Assembly: GCA_022843805.1 (NCBI GenBank)
Contig: JALHMY010000003.1
Location: 5,351-69,350, forward strand
DNA length: 64,000 nucleotides
Reading direction: 5' to 3'
From: Fuerstiella sp.
GTDB lineage: Bacteria > Planctomycetota > Planctomycetia > Planctomycetales > Planctomycetaceae
This document shows positions 59,077 through 64,000 of this stretch, one piece after another; positions within the stretch are counted from its first letter, which is position 1, and each line of letters begins with the position of its first letter. The notes beneath the pieces are model-generated. The model had not been told where the DNA came from and made no database searches. It saw only the letters and a program-made list of their open reading frames with translations. The translations under genes and the position numbers were made by a program.

Positions 59077-60618
59077 CTACTCTGCCCGAACACAATAGAC
59101 CATCTCGCCGGTGCGAATTACGATGCTGCCGTTCACAATAGCGACGCCGTATTGAACCGGATCTGCGAATCGATTCTCTCCCTGAGCCATGGTCTGTGCA
59201 TCATAGCTGCCGCCACCACCGGGAGGACCACCACGCTTTTGGCCAGCCTCCGCCCGTTTAGCGCCGTCCGGACGATCGGTCGTTTTTCCCGACGATGCAG
59301 TTCCGTCAGCGGTTACTTCTGTTTTGGCCGTCTGCTCGGGCCCCACCTTTTCCTGTGGTTCACTCCCGGAAGCGACGGTCACCGATTCACGCTTCGCATT
59401 TTCGTCGCGTCCGGCGGCCCGATTTCGAGCCGTCGCTTCGCTGGGAAGTTCATTCGGGTCCCACAACTGATTCTTCGCAATCAACTGAAATTCAGGGCCC
59501 GTTGAAATGACTGTTGTGAGTCCATCTTTGCCGAAAACATACAACCGATCTCCAATTGCCACCGGAGTCGCCCAGCAACCCTGTTCAATACGCTTCGAAT
59601 AATGCTTTTCGCCGGTCTCCGCGTTGTAGCAGAAAACAACACCCGCTTTATTAACCCAGTACGCCAGCCCGTTGTTCACAGTTGGTGTATTGAAAGCAGG
59701 CATTGCTTCCTCGGTTCGCCACAATACCTTCGCCCTGAATCCATCATCGAACTTTTCTATCGAAACAACACCATTGGTCTTCCTCGCCTCGCCCTCATTT
59801 TCATTATGCATCCCGGGGCTTGCTGCCATCACGAAACGGCCATTTCCAGCCGCGAGAGGCGTCGTGGCTCGATTCCCCCCGACTTCCTCTTCCAGCGTCC
59901 ACAACAACTCCCCGGTTGAAGGATCATATCCATCGATACTGCCTGAAGAACTGCAGACAATGTGACTGGAGTCACCCACAGGAACCAGCGATGGTGAGGA
60001 ATAGCTCGTCCGGCTTTCGCGATCAGCTTTCCACTTCGTTTCTCCCGTTTCCTTGTCGACGGCCAGCAAATACGAAGGACCTTCATGATCAATCAGCAAT
60101 ACAATTGTGTCACCGACCATCAACGGCGATGAGGCAATACCAATCGTCGTTTCAAATGCGCCATAGTCTTCTGTCAGTGCTCGTTGCCACAATTGCCTGC
60201 CATCATGACTGACTGCGACAAAGTTCCCCGTTTCGAAAAACGCGTAAACCGCGACGTCATCAACGATTGGCGTCGGTGCAGAACGGCTCTGAAAGTAATT
60301 GCTGCGGACGGGCTGGAATGATTCCAGTTTCAGATCCCATGCGACGGATCCATCGGCAAGTCGCAGAGCAACAACATGGCAATAATCCTTCATTGTCCCT
60401 TCAATGGCCGTCACGAAAACCTTGTCGCCCATAATGACCGGGCTGGATTGCCCTTTTCCGGGAAGTTTTGATTTCCACGCAAGGTTCTTATTTGGCGACC
60501 AGTCCGTTGGAATCGTCGCGGGATCAACGGGTGTTGCCCCCTGACCCAAAAAGCCAGGCCATGACGGAACAGGTCCGTCGGTCAACAATAAAACAGTCAG
60601 CATTATCAGAGTTTGCAT
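59077..60618 (-). CDS. PQQ-like beta-propeller repeat protein (paralogue 2) with a low-complexity insertion
   Basis: MQTLIMLTVLLLT...WPGFLGQG...LPGKGQSSPVIMGDKVFV. It is collinear with 55292..56623, roughly half the residues being identical by eye. It carries an extra Ala/Gly/Glu/Lys-rich segment near the C-terminus. Confidence 0.85.
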   Translation of the reverse strand: MQTLIMLTVLLLTDGPVPSWPGFLGQGATPVDPATIPTDWSPNKNLAWKSKLPGKGQSSPVIMGDKVFVTAIEGTMKDYCHVVALRLADGSVAWDLKLESFQPVRSNYFQSRSAPTPIVDDVAVYAFFETGNFVAVSHDGRQLWQRALTEDYGAFETTIGIASSPLMVGDTIVLLIDHEGPSYLLAVDKETGETKWKADRESRTSYSSPSLVPVGDSSHIVCSSSGSIDGYDPSTGELLWTLEEEVGGNRATTPLAAGNGRFVMAASPGMHNENEGEARKTNGVVSIEKFDDGFRAKVLWRTEEAMPAFNTPTVNNGLAYWVNKAGVVFCYNAETGEKHYSKRIEQGCWATPVAIGDRLYVFGKDGLTTVISTGPEFQLIAKNQLWDPNELPSEATARNRAAGRDENAKRESVTVASGSEPQEKVGPEQTAKTEVTADGTASSGKTTDRPDGAKRAEAGQKRGGPPGGGGSYDAQTMAQGENRFADPVQYGVAIVNGSIVIRTGEMVYCVRAE

Positions 60619-60748
60619 TGATTGAATCCGGTGAAAGATAGTTTGGGGTTCTAAGTTTTGGTTAGAAGCCTGCAGTTCACAAAAACACCCACATTGATCC
60701 TGATGACCAGATAGACGACCGAACAGGCCAGTCGAAATTCATCAGGAA

Positions 60749-61165
60749 TTACTTTGATAACCTGGCCAGCAGTTCCGCCGGCACTTTCAAATCCAGTGAC
60801 TTCATATCGGTTGTCCAGGTAACCTTGAGAGGTGTCGTTTCCGGCTTCAGATAATCCGCCGGGAAAACAATCTGAGGCCCCAGGGATTCCAGTGTGAAAC
60901 AGTAGTCACCCGGTTCAAGAACCAGTGCCTCCTGTCCTCCGTTGTTGACGAGATGAAACGATCCGTTGTGGTCTGTCGTTCCGAATCCCGCTCCCTGAAA
61001 CGATGAACCGTCCTTTTTGTGAACGACTACGCAAATATCACTCAAAGTATCCGCGCCAAACTGCAGTGAACCAGACGATCCGTCCCTGCTAATCGCTGGC
61101 GAACTGCAGCCCATCAGGCAGGCTGCAACAATCGCTGCATTGAGCAGCCCAATTCGCGTCTTCAT
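60749..61165 (-). CDS. Small lipoprotein with a carboxypeptidase-regulatory/transthyretin-like beta-sandwich
   Basis: Lipobox ACLMGC. ICVVVHKKDGSSFQGAGFGTTDHNGSFHLVN...LEPGDYCFTL. Confidence 0.65.
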   Translation of the reverse strand: MKTRIGLLNAAIVAACLMGCSSPAISRDGSSGSLQFGADTLSDICVVVHKKDGSSFQGAGFGTTDHNGSFHLVNNGGQEALVLEPGDYCFTLESLGPQIVFPADYLKPETTPLKVTWTTDMKSLDLKVPAELLARLSK

Positions 61166-61306
61166 AAAGCAGCTCCGATCTCAACGGGATAACCCGAGGC
61201 TCAGGTAAGCAACATATCGAACTTCGAGCTTCCGCCGGAATTCGCCTGCAGATTCCGACGGAAGCCGGGACCACGGACACACAGCACCAAATGAACTCGC
61301 GCTGTG

Positions 61307-62167
61307 TTATTCTCGGGCAACTTCCGTCATACGATTGGTGCCTGTCGCCACTGTCGCAGCTGGCAACAGGCCCTGAGACTTTGCGATGACCTGCAACAGC
61401 GTTTTGTTATCAAGGAATGGCTCCTTCCCCTGTGCCGCCCAAATGACCTTACCATCTCTGCCAATGACAAATGTGCCATGGTTCATGAACTCTGGCTTTT
61501 CGTCCGACTCAGGCAGATACACCCCCCATTGACTGGAGACGGAATAGTCCGTATCGGCAAGCACGGGAAAATGAAATTCACCGTATTCCCCGTACCGTTC
61601 TGCAGTGTGTTCCGAGGTGTCCGAGCTGATCGCCACGATATCGGCGTCAAGTTCGCGGAAGTAGTGGAGGTCTTTATCCAGGGCCAGCAACTGCGCAACG
61701 CAGTGACTGCATCCATAGCCAAGATAAAACACAACCACAACGGGACGGTCTTTCCCCAGTACACTCAGCTTCCGTTCGACTCCACCAACATCGGGAAGCG
61801 TGAAGTCAGGTGCCATATGATTCAGCAGCCCATGAGACTGCGACTCAACCGGCCTGAATGCACTGTCCCTCAGCATTCCATCGAGTGTTTCCGTCAGCTT
61901 TCGCGACTGCACAACTTCCAGGTAGGACTCGGCATCATTTCGAATATTTCCGGTTGAAATCAGCCCGTATTGCAGGCAGATCTGTCTGCACTGTTCCAGG
62001 ATGCCGCTGTCGGCCGCGACAGTGCCAACTGGCTTCGCCACATGATAGATCAGCACGACAGCATAAATGCAGCTGATGATCCCAAGGAAAGTCAGAAACG
62101 CCCTGGTGCTCCACTCTCGCGGCACACCCGGCGAACGACGGGATGTGGTATCTGTTTTCTGTTTCAT
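61307..62167 (-). CDS. Membrane-anchored thioredoxin-fold protein (AhpC/TSA-redoxin family)
   Basis: TM AFLTFLGIISCIYAVVLIY. APDFTLPDVGG...RPVVVVFYLGYGCSHCVAQL...ADIVAISSD...HGTFVIGRDGKVIWA. CxxC is CSHC. Confidence 0.82.
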   Translation of the reverse strand: MKQKTDTTSRRSPGVPREWSTRAFLTFLGIISCIYAVVLIYHVAKPVGTVAADSGILEQCRQICLQYGLISTGNIRNDAESYLEVVQSRKLTETLDGMLRDSAFRPVESQSHGLLNHMAPDFTLPDVGGVERKLSVLGKDRPVVVVFYLGYGCSHCVAQLLALDKDLHYFRELDADIVAISSDTSEHTAERYGEYGEFHFPVLADTDYSVSSQWGVYLPESDEKPEFMNHGTFVIGRDGKVIWAAQGKEPFLDNKTLLQVIAKSQGLLPAATVATGTNRMTEVARE

Positions 62168-62260
62168 TTAAGTCTCCATCGGTGAATGCAGCAACTCCAC
62201 AGGTTCAGGTTCATCGCCTGCGGCATTACTCGAGCTGAAATTCGGCAGGCAGGCGAGTCA

Positions 62261-63343
62261 TCAAAGTTCACCCATGACTTCACCGTTGGATCGCGTTCCC
62301 AGGGCACGCCAGAGGTTCAGATCGATACTGTCACTGATAAATCGCACACTTCCATCACAGAGCACCGTCTGAATTCCGCCGACGTGTTCACTGCGAGCCG
62401 CAAAGATCCCGTTCCCACACGTTCCCATGTCAAGCAGCGGACTATTGGGCGTATGGTAATGGTTGTATCCCGTCCAGTACTCCCGTCCATTAATCCAGCC
62501 AGCACCACGTTCACCCGAGTATCCACGGCTGATGGCAATCGTCATTGCCTCGTATCCCGCTGCCGGATCCCATGGAGTTGTATAGCCGTTTGCAAGACCT
62601 GGGGTCGACGGTGGAAAAGTGCTGGAGGTCCAGACACATGCGACATTGATATAGGTACGGCGACGAGCCTTCAGCGTTGTGGGCGCCGGTTGCGGCGTGC
62701 CAGGCAGTCCAATAACTGATTCTGCAAACGCAGACGTGTTGCTCAGACCATCAGTAATGTCGCGAAATCGAACACTGCTGTTTGTCCACAGAATTCCGTC
62801 TGTTGGCAGACGAGCATCATACAGCTTTCCAACCGCAGTGCCGTTGTTCATGTGATAGTTGTTGGCTGCGTATGTGAAGACACCTCCCGTTGCTCCGCCT
62901 GTAGTGCCGGATTTGATTTGAAACGTATCCGGTCCGGGATCACTGGGGCAGCGAAAGAAGGGTATCACCGTCGCCGCGGCGACCACATTGTTCGGATGTA
63001 CGTCTCCAGGACAGCAGCCGATCTGCAGACGAATGCTGAAGTCAATCAGATTTCTGAGGTTTGACTGTTCAAGATACGGCAACAAATGAGCGTGAACGGA
63101 GTAATTTCCTGCGTTGGATGCGTTACCCTGAGCATAGTTTGACGGCAACACCCCCATGACGCTTTCGTAGTTGTGAAGCGCCAGCCCAATCTGCTTAAGA
63201 TTGTTCTTGCACTGAGTCCGACGAGCTGCCTCACGCGCCTGCTGAACAGCCGGCAAAAGCAGCGAAATCAGGATGGCAATGATCGCGATCACAACGAGCA
63301 ATTCGATTAAAGTAAAGCCGCGACGTACGTAGCGAGAAAACAT
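62261..63343 (-). CDS. DUF1559 protein with prepilin-type N-terminal cleavage/methylation domain
   Basis: AGGAG RBS 10 nt upstream of ATG 63343. [62 protein letters not shown]-terminal ...[20 protein letters not shown]. The track start at 63532 adds 63 residues. Confidence 0.92.
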   Translation of the reverse strand: MFSRYVRRGFTLIELLVVIAIIAILISLLLPAVQQAREAARRTQCKNNLKQIGLALHNYESVMGVLPSNYAQGNASNAGNYSVHAHLLPYLEQSNLRNLIDFSIRLQIGCCPGDVHPNNVVAAATVIPFFRCPSDPGPDTFQIKSGTTGGATGGVFTYAANNYHMNNGTAVGKLYDARLPTDGILWTNSSVRFRDITDGLSNTSAFAESVIGLPGTPQPAPTTLKARRRTYINVACVWTSSTFPPSTPGLANGYTTPWDPAAGYEAMTIAISRGYSGERGAGWINGREYWTGYNHYHTPNSPLLDMGTCGNGIFAARSEHVGGIQTVLCDGSVRFISDSIDLNLWRALGTRSNGEVMGEL

Positions 63344-63553
63344 GAGACAGTAGCTCCTGGAAAAATTTTGAATCCGAATCGCAGCCTGAAACGCAATGGC
63401 GCGTGTCCATGCAACACTGGCTGCGGTGAATGACGGAACCCGTGCACCGAGCGAAGGCTGCCGACACAGGTAGTCCGAATTATGGCCCCGTGTATGCGCA
63501 GCACGCCGCGCTGCGGATCTCTTCACGATCAACGTGAAGAAGGCAAAAAAACG

Positions 63554-63931
63554 TCAGCCGACACGCGCGACCTTTGGCGGCGGCAATGGCGGTCGAAGCG
63601 ACATCAAAGGCAGTCGCTCAGACTCCGCTGTTACTCTCTCAATCAAACCATCGCACCGCTCCTGCAACTCAATGCAGTCGGAAATGATTGTGATCGGAAA
63701 ACAAAACACGGGCGGAAATTGTCCCTGACACTCGGCTGCACAAATCGCCAGCAGGTACTTTGCCGCGATGGGTTTCGGAGACTCACAGGACTTATCGTTG
63801 CCTGCCTTCTCACATGTGCCACACTTCGCGCGGCTAGTTCCCCTGTCGGCCACGATTTTGCTGCAGCACGAATACCGGTTCACTGCCGTTGTCTGTTTTC
63901 CGCAATGCGAGCAACCTGAGCGACTGCCCAC
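63554..63931 (-). CDS. Possible Cys-rich zinc-ribbon-like hypothetical protein
   Basis: GTG start with no clear RBS. Two CxxC pairs (CSHCGK, CGTCEK) plus further Cys. The alternative plus-strand ORFs here are Arg-rich and look spurious. Confidence 0.3.
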   Translation of the reverse strand: MGSRSGCSHCGKQTTAVNRYSCCSKIVADRGTSRAKCGTCEKAGNDKSCESPKPIAAKYLLAICAAECQGQFPPVFCFPITIISDCIELQERCDGLIERVTAESERLPLMSLRPPLPPPKVARVG

Positions 63932-63969
63932 AGTTTGCTGTGACTTCGCCCGAAACGGTGATTGACATA

Positions 63970-63993
63970 TCTCGCTCTTTGTCTCGCTCTTTG
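63970..63993. repeat. Perfect 12-bp tandem duplication at the window edge
   Basis: TCTCGCTCTTTG occurs at 63970-63981 and 63982-63993. The context continues beyond the window. Confidence 0.7.
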
Positions 63994-64000
63994 TAGTGTC

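Overview
Planctomycete-like chromosomal window, judged from a DUF1559 protein with a prepilin-type N-terminus, a Tat-signal DUF1501 protein, PQQ-propeller paralogues and a DUF4347-headed giant protein. The main result is that the left half is not empty, although the ORF track makes it look so. Positions 1..31742 are one continuous minus-strand reading frame. It starts at ATG 31742, which is directly preceded by an in-frame TAG, and it leaves the left edge without a stop, so 10,580 complete codons are visible. The track omits it, most likely because no stop lies inside the window. The short ORFs listed in 1..31742 are off-frame or antisense artefacts. Hand translation at about 16 spot checks shows this architecture: a basic leader with LENRTLLSGDP, a DUF4347 domain, several Gly/Asp GGxGxD beta-roll blocks, and two long arrays of a roughly 100-aa module I cannot assign to a family. 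There is also an internal matrixin-type HExxHxxGxxH motif with a candidate Met-turn, followed by about 1,750 aa of non-repetitive sequence. Further on come an ~880-aa non-repetitive module, Calx-beta-like modules, two PPC-like domains and a second module family. The right half (32-64 kb) carries ordinary genes: DUF1501, a VWA protein, a UvrD/PD-(D/E)XK helicase-nuclease, lpxB, and metal ABC binding protein plus ATPase with no permease. It also holds a translationally coupled operon of two TPR proteins, a coiled-coil protein and a receiver-less sigma-54 activator, diverging from flgM-fliC-fliD-fliS. After that come a long adenylate-kinase-like protein, DUF3592, and a co-directional cluster: DUF1559, redoxin, lipoprotein, PQQ propeller, single-heme CxxCH protein, DUF4198, PQQ propeller. 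I found no rRNA, tRNA, CRISPR array or mobile element. The ORF track uses ATG/GTG/TTG and reports maximal extents, so several starts are moved downstream here. All domain calls come from hand translation and memory of family signatures, not from searches.
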